Source: Candidatus Binataceae bacterium
GTDB taxonomy: Bacteria; Desulfobacterota; Binatia; Binatales; Binataceae
Assembly (NCBI GenBank): GCA_036489375.1
Contig: DASXFX010000063.1
Location: forward strand, 6,989 to 70,988
Length of the DNA stretch: 64,000 bases
Direction of reading: 5' to 3'
In this document: positions 1 to 9,754 of the stretch, piece after piece
How the letters are laid out: every line of letters starts with the position of its first letter
Numbering within the stretch: the stretch's first letter is position 1
Position numbers and translations under genes: made by a program
Notes under the pieces: model-generated
Database searches by the model: none
The model's input: only the letters and a program-made list of their open reading frames with translations
What the model was told of the DNA's origin: nothing

Positions 1-1677
1 AGCGGCGGCATGGTGATCGGCGCCGGGCCGCTCGACGAAATCGTCCCGCTGGAGCCGGCCACGATGCCCGGCCGCATCGTCGTGCAATGGGACAAGGAGG
101 ATTGCGCCGATCTAGGGATTATCAAGATCGATCTGCTCGGGCTCGGGATGCTGGCGGTGCTCGAAGAAGCGATTCCGCTGGTGCGCGCGAACGATGGCGT
201 CGAGATCGATCTCGCGCAACTGCCGCCCGACGACCCCGCGGTCTATGCGATGTTGCAGGCGGCCGATACGGTGGGGGTGTTTCAGATCGAGAGCCGCGCC
301 CAGATGGCGACGCTGCCGCGCATGAAGCCGCGCACCTTTTATGACCTGGTGGTCGAGGTCGCGATCATCCGTCCCGGCCCGATCGTCGGCCGCATGGTGC
401 ATCCGTATCTCGATCGGCGCAACGGGCGCGCGCCGATCCGTTACGATCATCCCGCACTCGAACCAATCCTGAAACGCACGCTGGGGGTACCGCTGTTCCA
501 GGAGCAACTGCTGCGAATGGCGATGACGATGGCGGGCTTCAGCGGCGGCGAAGCCGAGGAATTGCGGCGCGCGATGGGCTTCAAGCGCTCGATCTTGCGG
601 ATGGAAAAAATCGAACGGCGGCTGCGCGACGGGATGGAACGCAACGGCATCAGCGGGACGGTCGCCGATTCCATCGTGCGCTCGATCACTTCATTCGCGC
701 TCTATGGGTTTCCGGAATCGCACGCGGCCAGCTTTGCGTTGATTGCTTACGCTTCGGCTTATCTAAAATGCCATCATGCGGGGGCTTTTTTCGCCGCGAT
801 GCTCAACTGCTATCCGCTCGGCTTTTATCATCCGGCAACTTTGGTCAAGGACGCCGAACGCCATCGCGTAAGGATCCTGCCGATCAACGTCGCGCACTCG
901 GACTGGAGATGCACGATCGATCGGCATGCGCTGCGCCTGGGGCTCAAGTACGTCGCGGGCCTGCAAGCAGAGACCGGTTTGCGGATTGAGCGCGAGCGCC
1001 GCGCGCAGTCGTTCGCATCGATCGCGGATTTTACTGCGCGGGTCACGCCCAACAAGCGCGAACTGGACGCGATCGCATACGCCGGAGCGTTCGCCGACTT
1101 TGGCCTGACGCGTCGCGAGGCCCTGTGGCAAGCGGCCGCGGTCGAGCGCGATCCCTCGAGCCTGCTGGCCGGCGCCGAGCCGTCCGTGGAGCAATCAATC
1201 GGAGATCGCGATGCGTCGAGTGACGCAAGTGAAGGTGCGCGTGCGGGTGCATTGCCGAAAATGCGGCCGATCGAGGAAACGCTCGCCGACTATGCCAGTA
1301 CCGGCGTGACGGCGGGGCCTCATTTGATGGCCCATCTGCGAGCCCGGTTGCGATCGCGCGGAATACTCAGTGCGGCCGAACTGGCTAATGCGAAGGATGG
1401 TGAATGGGTGAAGGCCGCAGGATCGGTAATCGTGCGCCAGCGCCCGGGCACCGCGAAGGGTTTCCTTTTCATCACGCTCGAAGATGAAACCGGAATCTCG
1501 AATGTAATAGTCACTCCGGATTTGTTTCAGGCTAATCGCACAGTACTGCATCGCGCCGCGCTGCTGATGGTCGAGGGTCCGTTGCAGAAGCAGCAGGGCG
1601 TTATTCATGTGCGTGGCCGGCGCTTTCGGGAATTGCGGCTGCGCGGCGCGGTGCCCCCGTCCCACGATTTTCATTGA
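1..1677 (+). CDS. dnaE2: DNA polymerase III alpha / error-prone DnaE2-type polymerase, C-terminal portion (5' end lies outside the window)
   Basis: The reading frame is open from base 1 with no stop in 1-9. Conserved Pol III alpha core blocks are present (GLGMLAVLEE, RPGPIVGRMVHPYLDRRNG, FQEQLLRMAM). A C-terminal OB-fold region follows (GEWVKAAGSVIVRQRPGTAKGFLFITLEDETG). There is no tau-binding tail, which favours the DnaE2/ImuC type. Confidence 0.75.
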   Translation, partial: SGGMVIGAGPLDEIVPLEPATMPGRIVVQWDKEDCADLGIIKIDLLGLGMLAVLEEAIPLVRANDGVEIDLAQLPPDDPAVYAMLQAADTVGVFQIESRAQMATLPRMKPRTFYDLVVEVAIIRPGPIVGRMVHPYLDRRNGRAPIRYDHPALEPILKRTLGVPLFQEQLLRMAMTMAGFSGGEAEELRRAMGFKRSILRMEKIERRLRDGMERNGISGTVADSIVRSITSFALYGFPESHAASFALIAYASAYLKCHHAGAFFAAMLNCYPLGFYHPATLVKDAERHRVRILPINVAHSDWRCTIDRHALRLGLKYVAGLQAETGLRIERERRAQSFASIADFTARVTPNKRELDAIAYAGAFADFGLTRREALWQAAAVERDPSSLLAGAEPSVEQSIGDRDASSDASEGARAGALPKMRPIEETLADYASTGVTAGPHLMAHLRARLRSRGILSAAELANAKDGEWVKAAGSVIVRQRPGTAKGFLFITLEDETGISNVIVTPDLFQANRTVLHRAALLMVEGPLQKQQGVIHVRGRRFRELRLRGAVPPSHDFH

Positions 1678-1758
1678 GGCTTGCCGCCACCGCGCGAGCA
1701 CTCTACGATCGGTATTCCGGTCGCAAGCCGCGAAACCGCAGCGCAGGAGGATCGATCC

Positions 1759-2607
1759 ATGGACTTGGAGGCGCAGTTCAAAAGAGCCGAAGCGTTCCGT
1801 CGCATGCACGGTCGCGGCCGCATCTTGTTGCTGCCCAACGCCTGGGACGCCATGAGCGCGCGAATCTTCGAGGCGGCCGGCTTTGAGGCGATCGCGACCA
1901 CCAGTGCAGGCGTTGCGTATGCGATCGGCTATCCCGACGGTGAACTGGTGCCGCGCGATGAGATGATCGCGGCGGTCGCACGTATCGCGCGCGTCGTCGA
2001 TATTCCCGTCACGGCCGACATGGAATCGGGCTTCGCGCAGAGCCCCGCTGAAGTCGCGGAAACAGTCAAGTTGGTAATCTCCGCCGGCGCGTTAGGAATC
2101 AACCTCGAAGACACGGTTCATGGGGCCGGCCGCACACTCTACGAAATCCCCGATGCGGTCGAGCGGGTGCGCAGCGCGCGCGCCGCCGCCACCGCCGCAG
2201 GCGTTCCGATCGTGATCAATGCGCGCACCGACGTTTACCTGCTCGGCATCGGTGAGAAGGCGGCTCGCTTCGATCATGCCGTGAGCCGGCTTAATGCCTA
2301 TCGCGCGGCCGGCGCCGACTGCCTATATGCAATGGGCTATTTCGATGCCGATACTATTGGCCGTCTGACTAAAGCGGTGAATGGGCCGCTGAACGTAATG
2401 GGCCTTCCCGGAACGCCGCCCGTGGCGGAGCTGGAGCGTCTCGGAGTTGCGCGAGTTAGTACTGCGTCCGGGCCGGCGCGGGTCGCGATGACCGCGACAC
2501 GCGACTCTGCCGTCGAACTTTTGCGCAGTGGCAGCTTCGAAGTTTTCGGCGGCAAGACGATGAGTCATCAGGAAGCTAACGCGCTGATGGATAAACGTCG
2601 CGCTTGA
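1759..2607 (+). CDS. isocitrate lyase/PEP mutase family protein (2-methylisocitrate lyase / carboxyvinyl-carboxyphosphonate phosphorylmutase-like)
   Basis: The N-terminus MDLEAQFKRAEAFRRMHG...ILLLPNAWDAMSARIFEAAGFEAIATTSAGVA matches the ICL/PEPM superfamily. The start is taken at the internal ATG after an RBS-like AGGAGGA. Confidence 0.8.
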   Translation: MDLEAQFKRAEAFRRMHGRGRILLLPNAWDAMSARIFEAAGFEAIATTSAGVAYAIGYPDGELVPRDEMIAAVARIARVVDIPVTADMESGFAQSPAEVAETVKLVISAGALGINLEDTVHGAGRTLYEIPDAVERVRSARAAATAAGVPIVINARTDVYLLGIGEKAARFDHAVSRLNAYRAAGADCLYAMGYFDADTIGRLTKAVNGPLNVMGLPGTPPVAELERLGVARVSTASGPARVAMTATRDSAVELLRSGSFEVFGGKTMSHQEANALMDKRRA

Positions 2608-3638
2608 GCTCGGCCGCACGATCGCGTTCCGCCGCCGTGTCTCCAGTTCAATTCACAGTACGGATCGACGCTCCGATCGACTACGCCTCGTCGCTCGAGA
2701 TGTTTCGCCGCGCGGGCGACGATTTGCTCGATCGATGGGACGGGCGCACCTTCACGCGCACGGTTGTGATTGACGCGGAAGCGGTCGCATACGCGTGCAC
2801 CTTCGAGAGCGTCGGCGACGCGCTCGAAGTACGCGTGGCACTCGAAAACGCACGCCATCGCGAGGAAATTGCGAACGTCGTGCGCACGATGTTCGTAATG
2901 CCGCTGCCGCACTTCAGCGAACTGACGCGGCGCGATCCGCTTATCCGCGCGCTCGATGCCCGTTATCCTGGAGTGCGATCGGTCCGGCAGTCGAATCTCT
3001 TCGGTGCCTTGCTTCGATGTATAAGCACCCAGCAGGTGAACTTGCGCTGGGCGGCAACCTGTCGGCGGCGCCTGGCCGAGACCTTCGGTCGCGCGCATAA
3101 AGTAAACGGCAATATAGTTTACAGTCTCGACCCTGCCCGAATAGCCACTCTCGAAGTGGCAGATATTCGCGCCCTTCAATTTACCAACAGTAAATCTCAG
3201 TACATCATTAATGTCGCGCGCGAGATCGCGTCGGGTGAACTGACTATAGCTATTCTGGATCGATTGACCAGCGATGAGGTAATTGCGCGACTCACCGCAA
3301 TCCGCGGAATCGGACTGTGGAGCGCCGAATGGGTATTGGCGCGGACCTTTGGTCGTCCGCACGTCGTGGCAGGCGACCTCGGCGTGCGCAAGGCGATCGG
3401 AGCCGCTTATTCCTGCGGAGCTACGGTGCCACTGGAAAATGAAGTCCGTCGCCTTGCCGCGCATTGGGGCGAGTCGGCCGCGGTCGCGCAAGCGTTATTG
3501 CTGCACGCGCTCGCCGAGAAGACCCTCGATGAAATCGTTGCGAATGCGGGCGGCGCGGGTGCGCCGCCCACCACCGCAATAGCTACTCGTCCGACGATCG
3601 CACGAAATTCGGCTTGCGCTTCTCCACGAAAGCGCTGA
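2604..3638 (+). CDS. alkA: DNA-3-methyladenine glycosylase II (AlkA family, HhH-GPD)
   Basis: An HhH-GPD helix-hairpin-helix block is present (LTAIRGIGLWSAEWVLARTFGRPHVVAGDLGVRKAIG), preceded by an AlkA-type N-terminal domain. Confidence 0.7.
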   Translation: MSSAARSRSAAVSPVQFTVRIDAPIDYASSLEMFRRAGDDLLDRWDGRTFTRTVVIDAEAVAYACTFESVGDALEVRVALENARHREEIANVVRTMFVMPLPHFSELTRRDPLIRALDARYPGVRSVRQSNLFGALLRCISTQQVNLRWAATCRRRLAETFGRAHKVNGNIVYSLDPARIATLEVADIRALQFTNSKSQYIINVAREIASGELTIAILDRLTSDEVIARLTAIRGIGLWSAEWVLARTFGRPHVVAGDLGVRKAIGAAYSCGATVPLENEVRRLAAHWGESAAVAQALLLHALAEKTLDEIVANAGGAGAPPTTAIATRPTIARNSACASPRKR

Positions 3639-4410
3639 CCGCTTCTTTGTGGTCCTCGGTCTTGAACGTCATCATTTCGTAGGCGAGTGACGCATCGAGG
3701 ATCAGGTTGGCCTGCTGCTTCAGCCATTTGTTGACCGACAGCTTGCTCCATCGAATCGCCCAGGTGGGACCATCGGCAAGTTCCTGCGCCAGTGCGCGTG
3801 ATCGGGTCAGCACTTCTTCCGGCGGCACCGCATAGTTGACCATGCCGATGCGCCCGGCCTCGGCGCCATTGATGAAATTCCCGCGCATCAGAAACTCCTT
3901 GGCGCGATGCGGTCCCATTAGCAACGGCCAGATGACTGCGCCGCCATCGCCCGCCACCACTCCGACCTTCACGTGAGTGTCGGCGAAACGCGCCTTCTCC
4001 GAGACCACCGTGATGTCGCACAGTAGCGCGAGCGTCGCGCCGAGACCGATCGCATCGCCGTTGATGGCGCCGATAATCGGCTGTTCGACATCGAGCATGT
4101 TTTCCACGATGCGCCGGCCGTTAGCCGCCGTGATCGGACCGCGATTGAAACGATCGCCGCCCGGACCACCGCCGACCAGCTTTCCGGCCGCCATCCCCTT
4201 GACGTCACCACCCGCACAAAAGGCGCGCCCGGCGCCGGTAAACAGGATCGCGTTGACGTCGCGATCGGCTGCCAAATCGAGCCATATCTGTTCGATTTCG
4301 TGATGCATCCGGCTGTTGACCGCGTTGAGAATGTCGGGCCGATTCAGGGTCAGCGTCGCCACGCGGTCCGCTTTTTCGACCTTCAGGAATTCATAATCGC
4401 TGTAGTCCAT
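3583..4410 (-). CDS. enoyl-CoA hydratase/isomerase (crotonase) family protein
   Basis: Crotonase-fold motifs are present (LTLNRPDILNAVN, FCAGGDVKGM, INGDAIGLGATLALLCD). The start is the ATG of MDYSDYEF, preceded by GGAGGA. Confidence 0.85.
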   Translation of the reverse strand: MDYSDYEFLKVEKADRVATLTLNRPDILNAVNSRMHHEIEQIWLDLAADRDVNAILFTGAGRAFCAGGDVKGMAAGKLVGGGPGGDRFNRGPITAANGRRIVENMLDVEQPIIGAINGDAIGLGATLALLCDITVVSEKARFADTHVKVGVVAGDGGAVIWPLLMGPHRAKEFLMRGNFINGAEAGRIGMVNYAVPPEEVLTRSRALAQELADGPTWAIRWSKLSVNKWLKQQANLILDASLAYEMMTFKTEDHKEAVSAFVEKRKPNFVRSSDE

Positions 4411-4600
4411 CGTCGATTTCCTCCTGCACTTTCGCTGAGCTATACAACGAGGCACCGCGACAACGCTATCGCGACGAACGCTGGCGCCGATATTTGCTAT
4501 CGTCCCTTCGTACCGATTGGACTAACGCCGGTGCGTGCGAATGCGCTATGGTTGCCGGCGGATCTACCGATCCCAAAATAACGGATGTGGAGATGTTCGC

Positions 4601-5356
4601 ATGAAGCTGGCCAACAAAATTGCGCTGATTACGGGAGCCGGTTCCGGCATGGGACGGGTCGCGTCACTGCTGTTCGCAAAAGAAGGCGCAAAGATCGCGG
4701 CGATCGATATCGATGAGAAAGGCGCGCAGGAGACCGTGCACCTGGTCGAGGCCGAAGGCGGCAAAGCGATCGCTTTCAAGGCCGACGTCTCGAAAAGCGC
4801 GGACGCACAAGCGATGGTGGCGACGACGATCGCAAAGCTGGGCGTGCCGAACATCGTTTACAATAACGCGGGAATCGAGGGCAAAGCGCAGCGGATTGTA
4901 GATTTGGCTGACGAGGACTTCGACCGCGTCATCGCGATCAACCTTCGCGGCGTATGGCTCGGAATGAAATACTCAATTCCCGAGATGATCAAGAATGGCG
5001 GCGGCGCGATCGTCAACACCGCATCGATTGCGGGCCTGGTCGGCCTGCGCAATTCGTCGGCTTACTGCGCGGCGAAGGCCGGCGTCATCGCAATTACCAA
5101 GGTCGCCGCATTGGAATACGGCCGTTACAACATTCGCGTCAATGCGATTTGTCCGGGCGCCATCGACACGCCGATGGTCTCGCGGATACAGGGCGGCGCC
5201 ACCATGTCAGAGCGCGCGGTCAGCCGCATCTCGACACTCGGACGCATCGGCAAGCCCGAGGAAATCGCGAAGATGGCGCTGTTTCTCGCGAGCGACGAAT
5301 CCTCTTTCGCCACCGGCGCTCCGTTCATCGTTGACGGCGGCTGGACCATCGGATGA
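4601..5356 (+). CDS. SDR family oxidoreductase
   Basis: TGAGSGMGR Rossmann motif; NNAG; catalytic YCAAK; RBS GGAG before the ATG at 4601. Confidence 0.9.
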   Translation: MKLANKIALITGAGSGMGRVASLLFAKEGAKIAAIDIDEKGAQETVHLVEAEGGKAIAFKADVSKSADAQAMVATTIAKLGVPNIVYNNAGIEGKAQRIVDLADEDFDRVIAINLRGVWLGMKYSIPEMIKNGGGAIVNTASIAGLVGLRNSSAYCAAKAGVIAITKVAALEYGRYNIRVNAICPGAIDTPMVSRIQGGATMSERAVSRISTLGRIGKPEEIAKMALFLASDESSFATGAPFIVDGGWTIG

Positions 5357-5432
5357 TTTCAATGCGGCCTCGAAGGGCGGCGCTCATTAGCTATTCGAAT
5401 AGCCAGTTCAGAGACTGCAAGGAGTAATGCAG

Positions 5433-6203
5433 ATGGCAGCGGGAATCGCGCGGCTCAACGGCAAAGTTGCAATCGTAACCGGCGCGGCGCAGGGAATCGG
5501 ACGGGCGATCGCGACGCGGCTGGCGGCCGAAGGGGCGAAGGTCGCTATCGCAGACATCAAGGAAGACACCGCGAGCCAGACCGCCGCCGAGATCAAGGCC
5601 GCGGGTGGCGAAGCCTGCGCCGTGAAGCTGGACGTGACCAGCCTCGATAGTGCGATGGCGGCGGCCGATCGCGTCGAACGTGAACTCGGACCGATCGATA
5701 TCCTCGTTAACAACGCGGGCTGGGACAAGCTCGAACCGTTTGTCGAGAGCACGCCGGAGACCTGGGATCGCGTGATCGCGATCAACTTCCGTGGCGTGAT
5801 CCACTGCTGCAAGGCGGTCATACCGCGGATGCAAACGCGCGGACACGGCAAGATCGTTTCGATTGCCTCCGATGCCGGACGCGTCGGCTCGATGGGTGAA
5901 GCGGTCTATTCGGGATGCAAGGGTGCGATCATCGCGTTTTCGAAAACGCTCGCACGCGAACTCGCGCGCAACAACATAAACGTCAACGTGGTATGCCCGG
6001 GCCCCACTGAAACCGCCCTGCTGCAAGGCGTGATGGAGAGTCAGCCCAAGGTGCTCGACGCGATGAAACGGGGCATACCGATGCGCCGGCTCGGCAAGCC
6101 CGAAGATCTGGCTGGAGCGGTCGCATTTTTCGCCTCCACCGACGCCGACTACGCGACCGGCCAGGTGGTCAGCATCAGCGGCGGACTTACCATGGTCGGA
6201 TAG
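5433..6203 (+). CDS. SDR family oxidoreductase
   Basis: TGAAQGIGRAIA, NNAG and YSGCK motifs; AAGGAG RBS upstream. Confidence 0.9.
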   Translation: MAAGIARLNGKVAIVTGAAQGIGRAIATRLAAEGAKVAIADIKEDTASQTAAEIKAAGGEACAVKLDVTSLDSAMAAADRVERELGPIDILVNNAGWDKLEPFVESTPETWDRVIAINFRGVIHCCKAVIPRMQTRGHGKIVSIASDAGRVGSMGEAVYSGCKGAIIAFSKTLARELARNNINVNVVCPGPTETALLQGVMESQPKVLDAMKRGIPMRRLGKPEDLAGAVAFFASTDADYATGQVVSISGGLTMVG

Positions 6204-6274
6204 CAGAGGAATCGCGCCGCAATAGAACCGAAACCGTCCGGTAAGAGCGGGCGTCAACAGAGGAAGGAACTCGC

Positions 6275-7348
6275 ATGCCAAAAGGCGTAAACGAAATCGA
6301 TCTTGAGAAGTGCAAGCAAGTCGCCCAGACCGTAATCGGCGACGTCGCGTCGGTGGTGCACGGAGCGTTGTGCTTTATCGGCGACCGCGTCGGACTCTTC
6401 AAGGCGATGGCGGGTGCGGGGCCGCTGACCGTCGATCAACTCGCGACGAAAAGCGGACTGAGTGCGCGCTACGTGCGTGAATGGCTGGGGGCGATGGCCG
6501 CGGCGCATTACGTCGAGTACGACTCCAAGGCCGATAGCTACTTGCTCACGCCTGAGTATGCCGCCGCACTGGCCGACGAGGACTCGCCGTTTTTCATCGG
6601 TAGCTACTTCCAGATGGCGCAAGCCGCGGTGAGTGTCGCACCCAAGGTCGCCGAGGCCTTCCGCAATGGCAAAGGTGTGACGCAGGCGGAATATCCGCAA
6701 TCGTTCTTCGAGGCTGCGGAGCGCAACTCGCGCACGCGCTATGAACACAAACTGCTGCGCAAATGGATTCCCGCGATGCCCCAGGTGGTCGAAGCATTGA
6801 ATGGCGGCGGTCTTGCCGCGGATGTCGGCTGCGGCGGTGGGCGCGCGGCGATTATGATCGCGCAGGCATTTCCGAAGGCTCGCGTGGTCGGCTTCGATAT
6901 CCACGCCGAATCGATCGAGCGCGCCCGTCGCAACGCCGCGACCGCCGGAGTCAGCGATCGCGCAACCTTCGAAGTGGCTAATGGCAGCGGACTGCCGCCG
7001 CGCGGCTTCGACTTCGTCTCGACCTTCGACGTCGTGCACGATTCGGTCGATCCCGTCGGCCTGATGAGCGGAATTCGTCACGCGCTCAAGCCCGAGGGCA
7101 CCTACCTGGTGCAGGAGATCAATATCTCCAATGAGGTCGGCGACAATATCCGGCCGATGGGTAAGATGGTCTATTCGGTGAGTACGCTGTATTGCATGAC
7201 GACCTCGCTCGCTCACGGCGGCGCTGGCATCGGCGCTGCGATGGGCGAACCCAAGGCGCGAGAACTGGCTGCCACAGCGGGCTTTTCGCGTTTTACCCGA
7301 CTGCCGATCAAGGATGACTTCGCGGTGCTTTACGAACTCCGTCCCTAG
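6275..7348 (+). CDS. class I SAM-dependent methyltransferase with N-terminal winged-helix/dimerisation region
   Basis: SAM-binding motif I (ADVGCGGGRAAIMIA) and acidic motif II (VVGFDIH) are present. Overall architecture is O-methyltransferase-like. Confidence 0.75.
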   Translation: MPKGVNEIDLEKCKQVAQTVIGDVASVVHGALCFIGDRVGLFKAMAGAGPLTVDQLATKSGLSARYVREWLGAMAAAHYVEYDSKADSYLLTPEYAAALADEDSPFFIGSYFQMAQAAVSVAPKVAEAFRNGKGVTQAEYPQSFFEAAERNSRTRYEHKLLRKWIPAMPQVVEALNGGGLAADVGCGGGRAAIMIAQAFPKARVVGFDIHAESIERARRNAATAGVSDRATFEVANGSGLPPRGFDFVSTFDVVHDSVDPVGLMSGIRHALKPEGTYLVQEINISNEVGDNIRPMGKMVYSVSTLYCMTTSLAHGGAGIGAAMGEPKARELAATAGFSRFTRLPIKDDFAVLYELRP

Positions 7349-7558
7349 ATGATTGGCTCGCGCATCAAGTAGCTAATCGGACGCGCCATCTGCGATGCTA
7401 TCAAGCTAACCAGAGGGCGCTGCTATGCTCTTCTCGGCGGTCTGGCGAAGAATCGGCCAAAGCTCGAAACGCATCGTGAGCTGATGCCTGGCCTGGCGAT
7501 CGATTGCGTCGAGGCCAGTGCGGCGGCACAGTATTGGCGGAAAACGGAGTTCATCGAG

Positions 7559-9043
7559 ATGAGTGAGAGAAAGGCATCGTCAACCCGCTCTGCCGAGATT
7601 CGCGAAAGAGTCGGCCATCCGATAATCGATTCGGACGGCCACGTGGTCGAGTTCGAACCTGCGCTGCTCGACTACATCCGCGAGGCGGGTGGCAGCGCGG
7701 TGCTCGAGCGCTACAAAACGGCGCCCGATACCGCCTTCTATTTTCGTTGGAACCACGCGACGCCGGAAGAGCGGCGCGAATTTCGCCTGCCGCGGCCCGT
7801 ATGGTGGCCCTACCCGACCAAAAATACTTACGACCGCGCGACTGCCGCTCTGCCGAAATTGCTGTACAGCCGCCTCGACGAAATGGGCCTCGACTTCACC
7901 GTGCTCAATCCCAGCCAGGGCTTGTTCGCGTCGCATATCGCCGATGACGAATTGCGGCGGGTCACGTGCCGCGCCTTCAACAATTACCACGCCGACATTT
8001 TCCGCGAGTATGCCGATCGCATTACACCGGCCGCCTGCGTCCCAATGCACACTCCGGCAGAAGCGATCGAGGAACTCGATCACGTCGCCAAGCTCGGCCT
8101 CAAGGTCGTGATGATGGCGGGCTTCGTACGCCGCCCGATCCCGGGCCTCGCGAAGCAGGCGCCTGAATTAGCGCGCCACATGACCTGGATGGACAACCTC
8201 TGCCTCGATAGCGCGTACGACTACGATCCGGTGTGGGCGAAATGCGTCGAGTTGGGAATCGCCCCGACCTTTCATTCATTCGGGCTCAACTGGGGCATGC
8301 GCATTTCGATTTCGAGCTTTATCTACAACCAGATCGGCCACTTCGCCGCGGCCGCGGAAGGCATCTGCAAGGCGCTGTTTCTAGGCGGAGTTACGCGGCG
8401 CTTCCCTACCCTCAAGTTCGCCTTCAAAGAGGGCGGCGTCGGCTGGGCGGTGAATCTTTACTGCGCGCTGTACGAGCGCTGGCACAAACGCAGCCTGCCG
8501 ATGATGGAGCAGGTTAATCCGGCCAACCTCGACACCGAGCTCTACCGCAAACTCTGCGCGGAGTATGGCGGAAAGTTCACGCGCGGACGACTCGAAGGGA
8601 ATCTGGTTCCCTCGGAACTCGAGGGCAGTGGCGGCCTCGACCCGGCGGATCGCGACGAATGGCGTCATTGTGGAATCGAAACTCGCGACGACATTTACGA
8701 TCGATTCGTGCCGAACTTCTTCTTTGGCTGCGAGGGCGACGACCGCATGACTTCGCTCGCCTTCGACTCCAGGCGTAATCCCTTGGGCGCGCGACTTAAT
8801 GCGGTCTATGGCTCCGACCTCGGACACTACGACTTGACCGATCTGCGTAACGCCGCGGTCGAGGCCTACGAGAGTGTCGAGGACGGGCTCATGAGCGAGG
8901 CTGATTTTCGCGACTTCGTTTACGTAAATCCGATCAAGCTGCATGCTGGGATGAATCCCAATTTCTTCAAGGGCACCATCCTCGAAGATCAAGCCGACAA
9001 GGTCCTCGCCGAGCAGCGCGGCAATGAAAAGCGGTCGCGGTAA
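7559..9043 (+). CDS. amidohydrolase family protein (amidohydrolase-2/ACMSD-like metal-dependent hydrolase)
   Basis: HPIIDSDGHV metal-binding N-terminal motif and TIM-barrel amidohydrolase-like length. The start is the ATG of MSERK after AAAACGGAG. Confidence 0.7.
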   Translation: MSERKASSTRSAEIRERVGHPIIDSDGHVVEFEPALLDYIREAGGSAVLERYKTAPDTAFYFRWNHATPEERREFRLPRPVWWPYPTKNTYDRATAALPKLLYSRLDEMGLDFTVLNPSQGLFASHIADDELRRVTCRAFNNYHADIFREYADRITPAACVPMHTPAEAIEELDHVAKLGLKVVMMAGFVRRPIPGLAKQAPELARHMTWMDNLCLDSAYDYDPVWAKCVELGIAPTFHSFGLNWGMRISISSFIYNQIGHFAAAAEGICKALFLGGVTRRFPTLKFAFKEGGVGWAVNLYCALYERWHKRSLPMMEQVNPANLDTELYRKLCAEYGGKFTRGRLEGNLVPSELEGSGGLDPADRDEWRHCGIETRDDIYDRFVPNFFFGCEGDDRMTSLAFDSRRNPLGARLNAVYGSDLGHYDLTDLRNAAVEAYESVEDGLMSEADFRDFVYVNPIKLHAGMNPNFFKGTILEDQADKVLAEQRGNEKRSR

Positions 9044-9230
9044 ATCGTTTGCTGCGGTACCTTAAGCTTCCGGCGATTGACACTCCTCGGATAATCGCCT
9101 CATCGGCGATACTACCCGTGAACGCGAGAACCATCGATTGCGTTTGCCGCTATCCGTGTCATCCTATGCGGCGAGCTCGAAGCGGCAGCGTGCGCGACAC
9201 CCGGCGCATCGATTGTTCTGGAGGATAGGC

Positions 9231-9698
9231 GTGAGAACCGTAATCAACGCTCTGGCATTCGTCACCTGCGATTTAGCGTTAATTCTTGCGCTTGCGGCCG
9301 GCCGACCCATCGTTGCGCTGGCGCAGAACGCCGACGTTTATCATCCCGCCGGCGAAGAAAATCCCGTCAGTGGCAAGCAGGACTTCATGAATCACTGCGC
9401 GCCCTGCCACGGCGATAACGGCAAGGGCAACGGTCCCGAGCTCAAGGTATTGCCCGATATCCACCCGTCGGACCTGACCAACATCACGCTCAAGAATGGC
9501 GGTGTGTTCCCCACCCAGAAAGTTGCAGACATGATCGACGGTCGCAAATCGGTTCCCTCGCACAAGCGTTTCGACATGCCGTTTTGGGGCGTCAACTTTC
9601 AGCAGGAAGGCAAAGAATTTACACCCGCGAGTGAGGCCCGCGCGAAAGCGCGCATCGATGCGTTGGTCGCGTACATCGAGTCGATTCAGCGCCACTAG
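9231..9698 (+). CDS. c-type cytochrome (mono-haem, secreted)
   Basis: CAPCH haem-binding motif and an N-terminal hydrophobic signal. GTG start after GGAGGA. Confidence 0.8.
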   Translation: MRTVINALAFVTCDLALILALAAGRPIVALAQNADVYHPAGEENPVSGKQDFMNHCAPCHGDNGKGNGPELKVLPDIHPSDLTNITLKNGGVFPTQKVADMIDGRKSVPSHKRFDMPFWGVNFQQEGKEFTPASEARAKARIDALVAYIESIQRH

Positions 9699-9754
9699 CC
9701 ACGTTAGGTCGGAAGGCGGATCGATTGCGCCGAGCACTTTTGCGCACAGGTGCG

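Noticed and set aside
87-1252. Multiple overlapping antisense/alternate-frame ORFs inside dnaE2 (and similarly inside most long genes throughout the window).
   Set aside because: They are Arg/Pro/Ala-rich translations typical of out-of-frame GC-rich sequence, and each overlaps a gene with strong family motifs.
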